From positions 9,004 to 73,003 of the forward strand of contig CAKZVL010000049.1 of assembly GCA_937922155.1 (NCBI GenBank): a DNA stretch of 64,000 bases, given 5' to 3'. Source of the DNA: an uncultured Rhodobacteraceae bacterium (GTDB lineage Bacteria; Pseudomonadota; Alphaproteobacteria; Rhodobacterales; Rhodobacteraceae). Positions 18,649-28,991 of this stretch are shown piece by piece. Below the pieces are notes generated by a model. The model saw nothing but the letters and a program-made list of their open reading frames with translations, made no database searches and had not been told where the DNA came from. Positions within the stretch are counted from its first letter, which is position 1, and every line of letters starts with the position of its first letter. Both the position numbers and the translations under genes were made by a program.

Positions 18649-18816
18649 ATGACTTTGAAGACAATACTCACCGCAGCCATTCTGCTGCTCACCCCCGGAT
18701 TGGCCGTTGCACAATGCATGGGCGGCTATCACAGCACGCAAACCGCGATGAGCTGTGCAGAGGGCACAATGATGGACGAAGAAACCGGGCGCTGCATCCC
18801 GCTGTCGATCAGCTAG
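18649..18816 (+). CDS. Small secreted Cys-containing peptide (55-aa precursor)
   Basis: A strong SD (GGAGG) lies 6 nt upstream of the ATG at 18649. The signal peptide ends AVA-Q, and the ~32-aa mature part has 3 Cys. Confidence 0.5.
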   Translation: MTLKTILTAAILLLTPGLAVAQCMGGYHSTQTAMSCAEGTMMDEETGRCIPLSIS

Positions 18817-18862
18817 CCCGCCAACACCAATGCGCGCGTGCCTGCGCGGGCGCATTTGATGG

Positions 18863-19471
18863 TTAAATCAATCCGAATTGCGACGCGATTGCAGCGGCTT
18901 GCGTGCTGGTGTTCGCTTCCAGCTTTAACTTCGCATTCTTCAGGCGTTGCTTGACCGCCCCTTCTGAGATGTCAATTTCATGCGCAATCTGTTTCAGCCG
19001 CATACCATCCTTGACCATCCTCAACGCAGACAATTCCGCGTTTGTCAGGTTCGTGGGCGGTGCCGTTTCCTGATGACGTCGCTGAACGAACGCATATAGA
19101 AACTTGGTCTCCAGATCCGTGAATTCCCGGTCAGATCGGGTGAAAATCCCATATGATCGCTGCCCCTGCTGATTCCCGTCAAAATGGGAAACCGCAATGC
19201 CATAACGCAACCCAAACACTTGCGCCTGCTTTAGAACGCCCTTTGGATCATCAAGGGCGAGCTCGCTCCACCGGGTCGTCCCTGTGTGGCTATAAACCCA
19301 TCGAATGACCGGATCGAAAATCATATACCGCTGCTTGGTATAATGACTGACCCACGCGTCTGGAAGGTTGTTAATTTCCTCAACCGGAAAGGCAAAACCA
19401 ACCCGCAAAGCGATATAAAAACCGGCCTGAGCAAATTCAGATATCTCGTCTTCACCGATGTCGGCTAGCAT
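18863..19471 (-). CDS. LuxR-family transcriptional regulator with an autoinducer-binding domain (solo in this window)
   Basis: C-terminal LuxR HTH (LSALRMVKDGMRLKQIAHEIDISEGAVKQRLKNA). The N-terminal W-x3-Y-x8-DP-x13-W spacing is identical to the TraR W57/Y61/D70/P71/W85 pattern. Confidence 0.8.
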   Translation of the reverse strand: MLADIGEDEISEFAQAGFYIALRVGFAFPVEEINNLPDAWVSHYTKQRYMIFDPVIRWVYSHTGTTRWSELALDDPKGVLKQAQVFGLRYGIAVSHFDGNQQGQRSYGIFTRSDREFTDLETKFLYAFVQRRHQETAPPTNLTNAELSALRMVKDGMRLKQIAHEIDISEGAVKQRLKNAKLKLEANTSTQAAAIASQFGLI

Positions 19472-19600
19472 CGTCCACCTTTTCGCGACCTAACTTACTT
19501 ACTAATCGTGGGTTGATATTCCCCAGACTCTAATCGTAGACCATTTTTTGAGACTTGTAATCCACTGAATCTCCACTCTAGCTACAGAACGCAAACAATT

Positions 19601-20092
19601 ATGTCGACGCATCAAGATACCATAATTAACTGCCTGATTAATCTCAAAAATATCGCCCCTGCCGGATTCGTCGTTGGACTGCACATTCAGTTCACAACGT
19701 CGCGTTTCTTGTTCCAGACCTATCCGCGCAGGTGGGTCAAACACTATTCCGAAAACGGCTTGATCGTCTCAGATCCCACGGTTGTCTGGGCGGCCCAAAA
19801 CGAGGGGATCAAATATTGGCACGCGCTGGCAGATCAAGACACCGAAGGTGTGCTCAAGGCCTCAGCGGCACATGGTCTGACCTATGGCGTGACCTGCGCC
19901 CACGCCGATGACACCAGCCGGAGCATGGCAGGCTTTGCCCATGATCAATCAGATTTTGACGCCAAAACCGCGCAATCTCTGCTGGATGCCGTGGCGCTGC
20001 TGCACGACAATACCAAAGATATGCAGAAACTCCCAACCGACCTGATCAGCCAACTGCGCGACGCCGGGATTGATATTCCCGCCGGATCATAA
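19601..20092 (+). CDS. Autoinducer-binding-domain-only protein (LuxR N-terminal domain paralog without an HTH)
   Basis: 163 aa with the same W-x3-Y-x8-DP-x13-W pattern (WVKHYSENGLIVSDPTVVWAAQNEGIKYW). It has no C-terminal HTH and ends 34 nt before fliG. Confidence 0.7.
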   Translation: MSTHQDTIINCLINLKNIAPAGFVVGLHIQFTTSRFLFQTYPRRWVKHYSENGLIVSDPTVVWAAQNEGIKYWHALADQDTEGVLKASAAHGLTYGVTCAHADDTSRSMAGFAHDQSDFDAKTAQSLLDAVALLHDNTKDMQKLPTDLISQLRDAGIDIPAGS

Positions 20093-20126
20093 CCAATCCT
20101 TGAGACATGCCCGCTAGATAGCTCGC

Positions 20127-21194
20127 ATGATCCAAACCAATGATTTCAATGCCACCGTGCCCGCGCAGGGCCCCTGCACGCTCTCCCGACGGCGCAAAGC
20201 CGCCTTGGTTGTCCAAATGATGATCGGCGATGGTGGCAAACTGTCCCTAACGGATTTGCCTGAACACTTGCAGGAACTTCTCGCGCTGGAAATGACCGCG
20301 ATCCGCCTTGTCGATAAGGACACAGTGAACGCCGTCGCCCAAGAATTCTCTAGCCTGCTAGAGGCGATTGGCCTGTCCAGCTCGGGCCGCCCGGATCGCA
20401 CGATTGAAACGATTTCCGAACACGTGTCGCCAAACTTGGTCAACAGGTTGCGCACCCGCTTCGGCCTTGCCGAAGGCGCTGACCCTTGGGCGCGCATCCA
20501 AACCATGGAAGAAACGGAACTCACGTCGATCCTCACCCGCGAAAGCGTTCAGATCGGCGCGGTCGTCCTGTCCAAACTCCCCGTGGAAAAGGCCGCAGCA
20601 TTGCTCGGCGTTCTGCCTGGCGAACGCGCCCGTCGCATCACCATCGCCATGTCAGATAACAAAGACATCGCCCCTACAACCGTCGACAAAATCGGCAAGG
20701 CGCTCTTGGCGGGCAACGGCCCTGACAAAGCGATCGCATTTGAAAAAACGCCCGTCGATCGCCTCGGCGCGATTCTCAACAACAGTACGGCCATGACCCG
20801 CGACGCCCTGCTCACAGAAATCGAAACAGAGGATGAAAAATTCGCCAACGATGTGCGCAAGGCGATCTTTACCTTCGCCGACATCCCCCACCGCGTCACG
20901 CCCACTGACGTCCCCAACATCTTGCGCGCCATCACACCAGAACTGCTGACCGTCGCCATGGCCGCCGCACTGGCCGAAGACACCCCCAACACCGAAGCGG
21001 CAAATTTTATCCTCGACAACATCTCGCAACGCATGGCCCAGGCCATGCGCGAGGAAGCGCAGGAACAAGGGACGATCAAACCCAAACAGGCCGAAGAAGC
21101 GATGAACGGCGTCGCCGCCATCGTCAAAGACCAAGCAGACAACGGCGCCATCACCTTTGTCGTGGACGAAGACGAGGATGACGACGCAGGATAA
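20127..21194 (+). CDS. fliG: Flagellar motor switch protein FliG
   Basis: 355 aa with a FliG-type N-terminal, middle and C-terminal layout (KAALVVQMM, EPWARIQ.., IFTFADI). It carries an acidic tail, DEDEDDDAG. Confidence 0.8.
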   Translation: MIQTNDFNATVPAQGPCTLSRRRKAALVVQMMIGDGGKLSLTDLPEHLQELLALEMTAIRLVDKDTVNAVAQEFSSLLEAIGLSSSGRPDRTIETISEHVSPNLVNRLRTRFGLAEGADPWARIQTMEETELTSILTRESVQIGAVVLSKLPVEKAAALLGVLPGERARRITIAMSDNKDIAPTTVDKIGKALLAGNGPDKAIAFEKTPVDRLGAILNNSTAMTRDALLTEIETEDEKFANDVRKAIFTFADIPHRVTPTDVPNILRAITPELLTVAMAAALAEDTPNTEAANFILDNISQRMAQAMREEAQEQGTIKPKQAEEAMNGVAAIVKDQADNGAITFVVDEDEDDDAG

Positions 21195-21406
21195 ACTCCA
21201 CCACGCTCTTATCCAGACTGGAAAAAGCCGCAGGCGCCGATCTGACAGCCAACCCGTCCCGGCGGAGAGGCTGTCAGACCAGCTTAGCGCTGTCCTCGTA
21301 GATTTTGGCTCACCCCCAGAAACCTTAGATCCAAAATAACATAGCAACCACGCAATAAAACCAACGACGCTTTTCATGTCGGTCCCCGCCCCTTAATAAG
21401 AAAAGC

Positions 21407-22315
21407 ATGAACACGCGGGCAAAAACAAAAACGCGGGCAAAACGACGGGGCAGCCGCACAGATTGGTTGGCGGACAAGGCCTTGCGCGGGCTCATTTCGT
21501 CAGTGATGAAACTGCCCTATGAAAAACGTGTCCCCATGATGGGCCGCACGCTGCGCCGCGCGATTGGCCCGCTTGTCGGCTATCGCAAACGCGCCATCGC
21601 CAACCTCACCCTCATCTATCCCGACATGACGGACGTGAACCGCCGACAAATCGCAGAAGACGTCTGCGATAACTTTGGCCGCACGCTGATCGAAAACTAC
21701 TCCTACAAAGAATTTGGCGAACGCCTGAAATCCGTGGTCCCAACCGGCGATGGGCTGACAGCCGTGGCCGAGGCCCATGCCAGTGGCCGCCCCGTCATTT
21801 TCGTCACCGGTCACTTCAGCAACCATGAGGCACCACGCCACGTCCTCACCAACGCAGGCTATGAAATCGGCGGTCTGTTCCGCAAGATGACCAACCCCTA
21901 TTTCAACGACCACTACGCCAAAACGATGACCTCATGGGGCGGGCCGGTTTTCGAACAAGGGCGCAGCGGCACAATCGGTTTTGCCCGACACCTCAAGGGC
22001 GGCGGCTTTGGCACGCTTTTGTTTGACGTGAATGCCACTGACGGAATTCCAATCCCGTTCATGGGGCGCCCCGCAATGACAACAACCTCAGCCGCGGAGT
22101 TGGCTTTGCGATTTGACGCCTTGGTCGTTCCCTATTTCAGCGTGAGAGACACCGACGGCCTGTCCTTTGACGTCACCGTCGAAGCACCGATCCCCCACGG
22201 ATCAATCGAAAACATGACACTGGCAATGACCCAACGCCTGGAATCCTACGTGCGCACCACGCCAGAACAATGGTTTTGGATCCATCGCCGCTGGAAAAGC
22301 CAGCCAAAAGTTTAG
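21407..22315 (+). CDS. Lipid A biosynthesis lauroyl/lysophospholipid acyltransferase (LpxL/HtrB family)
   Basis: 302 aa with an HX4E acyltransferase motif (GHFSNHE) and the WFWIHRRWK C-terminus typical of the family. Confidence 0.75.
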   Translation: MNTRAKTKTRAKRRGSRTDWLADKALRGLISSVMKLPYEKRVPMMGRTLRRAIGPLVGYRKRAIANLTLIYPDMTDVNRRQIAEDVCDNFGRTLIENYSYKEFGERLKSVVPTGDGLTAVAEAHASGRPVIFVTGHFSNHEAPRHVLTNAGYEIGGLFRKMTNPYFNDHYAKTMTSWGGPVFEQGRSGTIGFARHLKGGGFGTLLFDVNATDGIPIPFMGRPAMTTTSAAELALRFDALVVPYFSVRDTDGLSFDVTVEAPIPHGSIENMTLAMTQRLESYVRTTPEQWFWIHRRWKSQPKV

Positions 22316-22325
22316 GAAAAGCCGT

Positions 22326-23021
22326 CTAAGGCAGTTGCGCCGCGCCCAGAATTTCGCCGTGATGACCGTTCTGAACAATCACCGCCACAGCCTCCGGTCC
22401 TTCAACAGCAGCATCAATCGACAACGTATCAGACACATCCCACGTGCCAATCTCCTCCCAAGAGGTGACGACATTGATATACTTGATTGTCTTTCCCGCG
22501 TTTTCGCCACGTCGGATATCGCGCTCAATCTCAGGAATGAACCGCACGATCTGCACCACCGCATCGCCCGACACCCCTTGCGACGTCGCTTCGATCTTTA
22601 GGACATCACCGTCGCGTTCCAATGTAACGCTCACCTGATCTTCGGCCTGCGCATGCGCCTGAAGCTGGTCCATCACTTGCATAGGCCGTGATCCAATCAC
22701 GTGATCCTTGCCACCAATAACCATCTGCGGCGTATAAACCGTCCGCGCGCCTGCCTCTTGCGCATATCCATGTTGACGCTCTGTGTATGCAGGATCGGCT
22801 AGATCATCTTTCCAGCCCAAGTAATCCCAATAATCCACATGCAGCGACAGCGCGATAACGTCCTCCATCTCGACCAGATCTTCCATCATCGCATCCGCAG
22901 GCGGACAGCTTGAACAGCCTTGCGATGTATAAAGTTCCAACACCGTTGGGCTCGCACCACCGATAGAGGGCGCAATCAACATGGCTGCTGAAAACGCAGC
23001 AGTGCATAAGGTGTGGCGCAT
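22326..23021 (-). CDS. DUF1223 family secreted thioredoxin-like protein
   Basis: A signal peptide followed by the LYTSQGCSSCPPAD motif. Confidence 0.7.
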   Translation of the reverse strand: MRHTLCTAAFSAAMLIAPSIGGASPTVLELYTSQGCSSCPPADAMMEDLVEMEDVIALSLHVDYWDYLGWKDDLADPAYTERQHGYAQEAGARTVYTPQMVIGGKDHVIGSRPMQVMDQLQAHAQAEDQVSVTLERDGDVLKIEATSQGVSGDAVVQIVRFIPEIERDIRRGENAGKTIKYINVVTSWEEIGTWDVSDTLSIDAAVEGPEAVAVIVQNGHHGEILGAAQLP

Positions 23022-23223
23022 GGAGTTTCCTTCGTCGTGTATTGGCTACAAAGGATACTTAGAACAGGTCGACTGTAATAACCAATCAATGAATTGCGAT
23101 TATGGAGTGAAACGGATAAATTTGCAATTGTATGCCATTGTATGCAGAAAAAGCTTGAAAGCGCCCGCGCCTTGGTGCACAAGCCGCCATAACGCCACCA
23201 TTTCCAATCAGAAAGGGATCGCC

Positions 23224-25914
<2,691 letters not shown>

Positions 25915-25940
25915 AACACGTTCCCAAATCGACCTGAAAA

Positions 25941-25965
25941 GGCCCGCCAACGCGCGGGCCTTTTT
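25941..25965 (+). terminator. Rho-independent terminator after acnA
   Basis: GGCCCGC-loop-GCGGGCC followed by TTTTT. Confidence 0.75.
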
Positions 25966-26054
25966 GCTGCGTTTAACCCAAAATTAGTCCATTCCTTAAA
26001 ATCAGGTTAACCGGGGCGCCGACCGCTGCGTTAATCCCCAATTTCGCCGATTTC

Positions 26055-26094
26055 CGTGTACCAACTGTGTACAGCTTGTGTACGGCCTGTGACT
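26055..26094 (+). promoter_or_regulatory. Second copy of the four-heptamer 11-bp phased array (CGTGTAC/TGTGTAC/TGTGTAC/TGTGACT)
   Basis: The heptamers start at 26055, 26066, 26077 and 26088. TATAAA lies 12 nt downstream. The array sits between the convergent genes acnA and ccmG. Confidence 0.6.
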
Positions 26095-26233
26095 CTCTCA
26101 AACCCCTATAAACAAGGGGCTTAACCCTGATACCCCAAAATCAAACACGAAACGTACACACAACCGTTGCGCACACGCCCTCGGCGCGCTGCACGCAACG
26201 GCATTTCACACATCTTTCATGTTATAAAAATCT

Positions 26234-26782
26234 CTAAGGCGCGCTTTTCGCACCCTCTAACATCGGCACAAACCGCTGCTCATAATCCGACCCAACCAGC
26301 GGCCCGATGAACCTGTTCAGAATGGTCCCATCCGCCCCAACGATAAACGTCTCCGGCGGCGCAGTGACGCCCCAGTCAATGGCAAACCCACCGCGCGGAT
26401 CAAAGCTGGTCGCGATAAACGGATTGCCATCCTCGCGCAGGTATTGCTCTGCATTGGCCTCAATATCGCGAAAGTTCGCACCAACGATCCTGTACCCCTG
26501 ATCCTCCAGCGACAACAACGTTGGATGCTCCGCCCGGCACGGCGGACACCAGCTGGCCCAGAAATTCACGATTGTAATCTCGCCCGCGTCAAACAACGCA
26601 GGATCAAACGCCTCTGTGCCCGGAACCGCCTGCGTCGGCAATCCCGGTGCCGCCTGACCAATCAGGGCCGAGGGCAGCTCGCCCGGATTGTCCCGCATCA
26701 TGCCCGCAAAAAACAACCCGGCCATGCCTGCAAACAGGATCGGTGGGATCAACAGCATTGGCGAAATCTTACCCATTTTCAA
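26234..26782 (-). CDS. ccmG: Thiol:disulfide oxidoreductase CcmG/DsbE (HelX)
   Basis: An N-terminal membrane anchor, the WASWCPPCRAEHP thioredoxin motif, and its position after ccmD. Confidence 0.85.
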   Translation of the reverse strand: MKMGKISPMLLIPPILFAGMAGLFFAGMMRDNPGELPSALIGQAAPGLPTQAVPGTEAFDPALFDAGEITIVNFWASWCPPCRAEHPTLLSLEDQGYRIVGANFRDIEANAEQYLREDGNPFIATSFDPRGGFAIDWGVTAPPETFIVGADGTILNRFIGPLVGSDYEQRFVPMLEGAKSAP

Positions 26783-26912
26783 CGACCTCTAGCGCTTTCT
26801 TAGCGCGGCGCGACTTGCGCCAAATCACCAAGACCATCACAGCCATCAGCGTCAGTGAAACGCCATAGGCCAGCAACACTTCGCCCGCGTATTTCCCAAG
26901 ATCCGGCATCAT
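26769..26912 (-). CDS. ccmD: Heme exporter protein CcmD
   Basis: 47-aa single-TM peptide MMPDLGKYAGEVLLAYGVSL... It overlaps the ccmC stop and the ccmG start. It appears only as the tail of a longer ORF in the track. Confidence 0.7.
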   Translation of the reverse strand: MMPDLGKYAGEVLLAYGVSLTLMAVMVLVIWRKSRRAKKALEVVENG

Positions 26913-27637
26913 GCCCGCGCCGCCCGTGCGCTCAGCGCCTTCGCGCGGCGCAGCCGAATTTCCGTGCGCGTGCCCAGCAAAACCAATGCGATAAACAACA
27001 GCACGAACCCGGCCATCGAAATGACCAGCGGCTGCCAGAACACATCCGAAATGTTCTCCTCTGCATCCAGCGACAGCGACGCCCCTTGGTGCAACCCTTG
27101 GTTCCAAAACAGAACCGCATAGCGCGACAACAGCGCAAAGACCGATCCAACGATGCACAGCACAGACGTCAGATCAGCGGCCGTATCGGGGTCCTCAATC
27201 GCCGCCCAAAGCGCCATGTAACCAAGGTAAAACAAGAACAGGATCAGAAACGACGTCAGCCGCGGATCCCACGCCCAATACGTCCCCCACATCGGCTGCC
27301 CCCAAATCGCACCAGTGGCCAATCCGATCACCGTCATCGTCACACCCACAGGTGCCGCCGCCTTTGCCGCCAACGCAGAAACATGATGCCGCCGCACCAG
27401 CCAAATCAGCGAGGCGACCAGCATCATGATCCACGCATTGATCGCAATAAATGCAGCAGGAACATGCAGATAGATGATCTTGACGGTGGACCCTTGGCGG
27501 AAATCATCGGGCGTAAAAAAGAAACCCCAGATCAGCCCAACAGCCAAGAAAACGGCAGACAAACCCGCCATCCAAGGCACCACCGGTGTGGTCCAGTCCA
27601 TGAACTTTTTCGGATTTGCGAATTCCCAAAATGACAT
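26909..27637 (-). CDS. ccmC: Heme ABC exporter permease CcmC
   Basis: It has the WGxxWxWDPRL tryptophan-rich motif (WGTYWAWDPRLTS). The start is taken at MSFWEFANPKKF. Confidence 0.9.
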   Translation of the reverse strand: MSFWEFANPKKFMDWTTPVVPWMAGLSAVFLAVGLIWGFFFTPDDFRQGSTVKIIYLHVPAAFIAINAWIMMLVASLIWLVRRHHVSALAAKAAAPVGVTMTVIGLATGAIWGQPMWGTYWAWDPRLTSFLILFLFYLGYMALWAAIEDPDTAADLTSVLCIVGSVFALLSRYAVLFWNQGLHQGASLSLDAEENISDVFWQPLVISMAGFVLLFIALVLLGTRTEIRLRRAKALSARAARA

Positions 27638-27679
27638 ACCCCGTGAATTAACCTCTGCGCCTTGCGGGGACAATCCCCA

Positions 27680-28336
27680 TCAACGCAAGTTGACGCGCAA
27701 TGCCGCAGCCGACGCAATGGGCAGCAAGGCCAATGATCCCGCCGTAATCCCCGCGAGCAAGATCAGCGGCGTCGAATAGGCCAACCCCTCCGCCCCGCGC
27801 CGCGCCACCTCGGCCCCGAAAATCAGCGTCGGCACGTACAGCGGCAGCACCAGCAGCGACAACAGCAACCCGCCCCGGCGCAAACCAACCGTCAACGCCG
27901 CGCCAAAGGTGCCGATCATCGACAACGCAGGCGTGCCGATCAGCACCGACCAGAACAGTGGGACGTAGCCTTCAGGTGTGAGGTTCAAAAAGAACCCAAG
28001 CGCGGGCGCGGCAAAGGCCAGCGGCAGCCCTGTGGTCAGCCAATGCGCGACTGCCTTGATTAACGCGACTCCTTCCAGCGGCAACGGCGACGTCGCCAAT
28101 AGCGCGAGCGCCCCGTCCTCCCAATCCAGCGCGAATATCCGGTCGAGCGACAAAAGTGCCGCCAGCAAGGCCGCGACCCACAGAATACCCGGGGCAATCT
28201 GCGTCAACAGCTCCCGCTCCGGCCCAACGCCAAAGGGAACAAGGATCACAACGATCAAAAAGAACGCCAGCCCAAGCCCAAAGCCGCCGCCAGCGCGCAC
28301 CGCCAGCGTCAAATCCCGGCGCAACAGCGCGATCAA
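27680..28336 (-). CDS. ccmB: Heme exporter protein CcmB
   Basis: 218-aa multi-pass membrane protein between ccmA and ccmC, with start/stop overlap with ccmA. Confidence 0.85.
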   Translation of the reverse strand: MIALLRRDLTLAVRAGGGFGLGLAFFLIVVILVPFGVGPERELLTQIAPGILWVAALLAALLSLDRIFALDWEDGALALLATSPLPLEGVALIKAVAHWLTTGLPLAFAAPALGFFLNLTPEGYVPLFWSVLIGTPALSMIGTFGAALTVGLRRGGLLLSLLVLPLYVPTLIFGAEVARRGAEGLAYSTPLILLAGITAGSLALLPIASAAALRVNLR

Positions 28337-28947
28337 AGGAACGCCTCATCCGGGCTGTCACCCGTCCCGGGTTTCGCGACAAACGGCGTCAGGTCCAGCT
28401 CAGGCGCGTCTAGCCCTAGGTCGATGTGCGTTGCAATCACAGCGATGCCACCTTTGGCCAAATGCTGATCCCGCAAAAAGGTCGCGAACATCTTCACCGA
28501 AAACGCGTCCAGCGATACGGTCGGTTCGTCCAAGAACAGCACCTTTGCATCCATAACGCCCAGCCGCGCAAGGCCAACCCGTCGTTTTTGCCCTGCACTT
28601 AACGTGCCCGTTATACGCTCCGAAAGGTCAGCAATGTCAAAGGTTTCCAACACGTCATTGCTTAGGCGCGTTCCATGAACCTCTGCCCAAAACGCAAGGT
28701 TCTCGCTCACCGTAAGCGCCGATTTCACCCCGTCCGCATGGCTGGCATAAGCCGCAGCATCGGGGATCGACATCGTACCTCCATGCGCTGGCTGCAAGCC
28801 CGCCAGCGTGCGCAGCAGCGTCGTTTTACCAACCCCGTTTGGCCCGCGCAGGATCAACGCCTGCCCCGGCTCCACGCTGAACGACAGCCCTTGCAAGACA
28901 GTGACAGGCCCACGCGCGACAGACAGGTTTGTGACGGTTAAAGTCAT
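28333..28947 (-). CDS. ccmA: Heme ABC exporter ATP-binding protein CcmA
   Basis: Walker A GPNGVGKTT, signature LSAGQKRRV, Walker B LFLDEP; 204 aa. Confidence 0.88.
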   Translation of the reverse strand: MTLTVTNLSVARGPVTVLQGLSFSVEPGQALILRGPNGVGKTTLLRTLAGLQPAHGGTMSIPDAAAYASHADGVKSALTVSENLAFWAEVHGTRLSNDVLETFDIADLSERITGTLSAGQKRRVGLARLGVMDAKVLFLDEPTVSLDAFSVKMFATFLRDQHLAKGGIAVIATHIDLGLDAPELDLTPFVAKPGTGDSPDEAFL

Positions 28948-28991
28948 AAGGTGTGAGTAAACATTTATGCCCAGTGGCGAAAGGGGGTGCC

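Noticed and set aside
20652-21377. A 241-aa minus-strand ORF with a signal-peptide-like start (MKSVVGFIAWLLCYFGS) in the fliG-acyltransferase spacer.
   Set aside because: It would overlap about 540 nt of the well-supported fliG gene in antisense, and no motif supports it. A 10-bp-stem hairpin (TCTGACAGCC...GGCTGTCAGA, about 21239-21280) in the spacer is more likely a fliG 3' structure.
23040-23075. A TTAGAAC half-site resembling an Irr ICE box (TTTAGAA-N3-TTCTAAA) upstream of acnA.
   Set aside because: Only one half matches. The second half (TCGACTG) does not resemble TTCTAAA.
22981-23223. An 81-aa N-terminal extension of aconitase in the ORF track. Similar extensions occur on phaR (6657-6761), bioY, secF, soxG, soxD, ruvX, ccmC and phaZ.
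   Set aside because: The extensions run through AT-rich or upstream-gene DNA and lack family-typical sequence. The internal starts coincide with SD sequences or with stop/start coupling to neighbouring genes.
26855-27634. A 259-aa plus-strand ORF, extremely Arg/His/Gln/Pro-rich.
   Set aside because: It lies antisense to ccmC/ccmD, and its composition is typical of a high-GC shadow frame.
26234-28947. ccm genes split between ccmABCDG here and ccmI at 56756, with no ccmE/F/H in the window, considered as a possible anomaly.
   Set aside because: Dispersed ccm/hel/ccl/cyc loci are the normal arrangement in Rhodobacter and its relatives.
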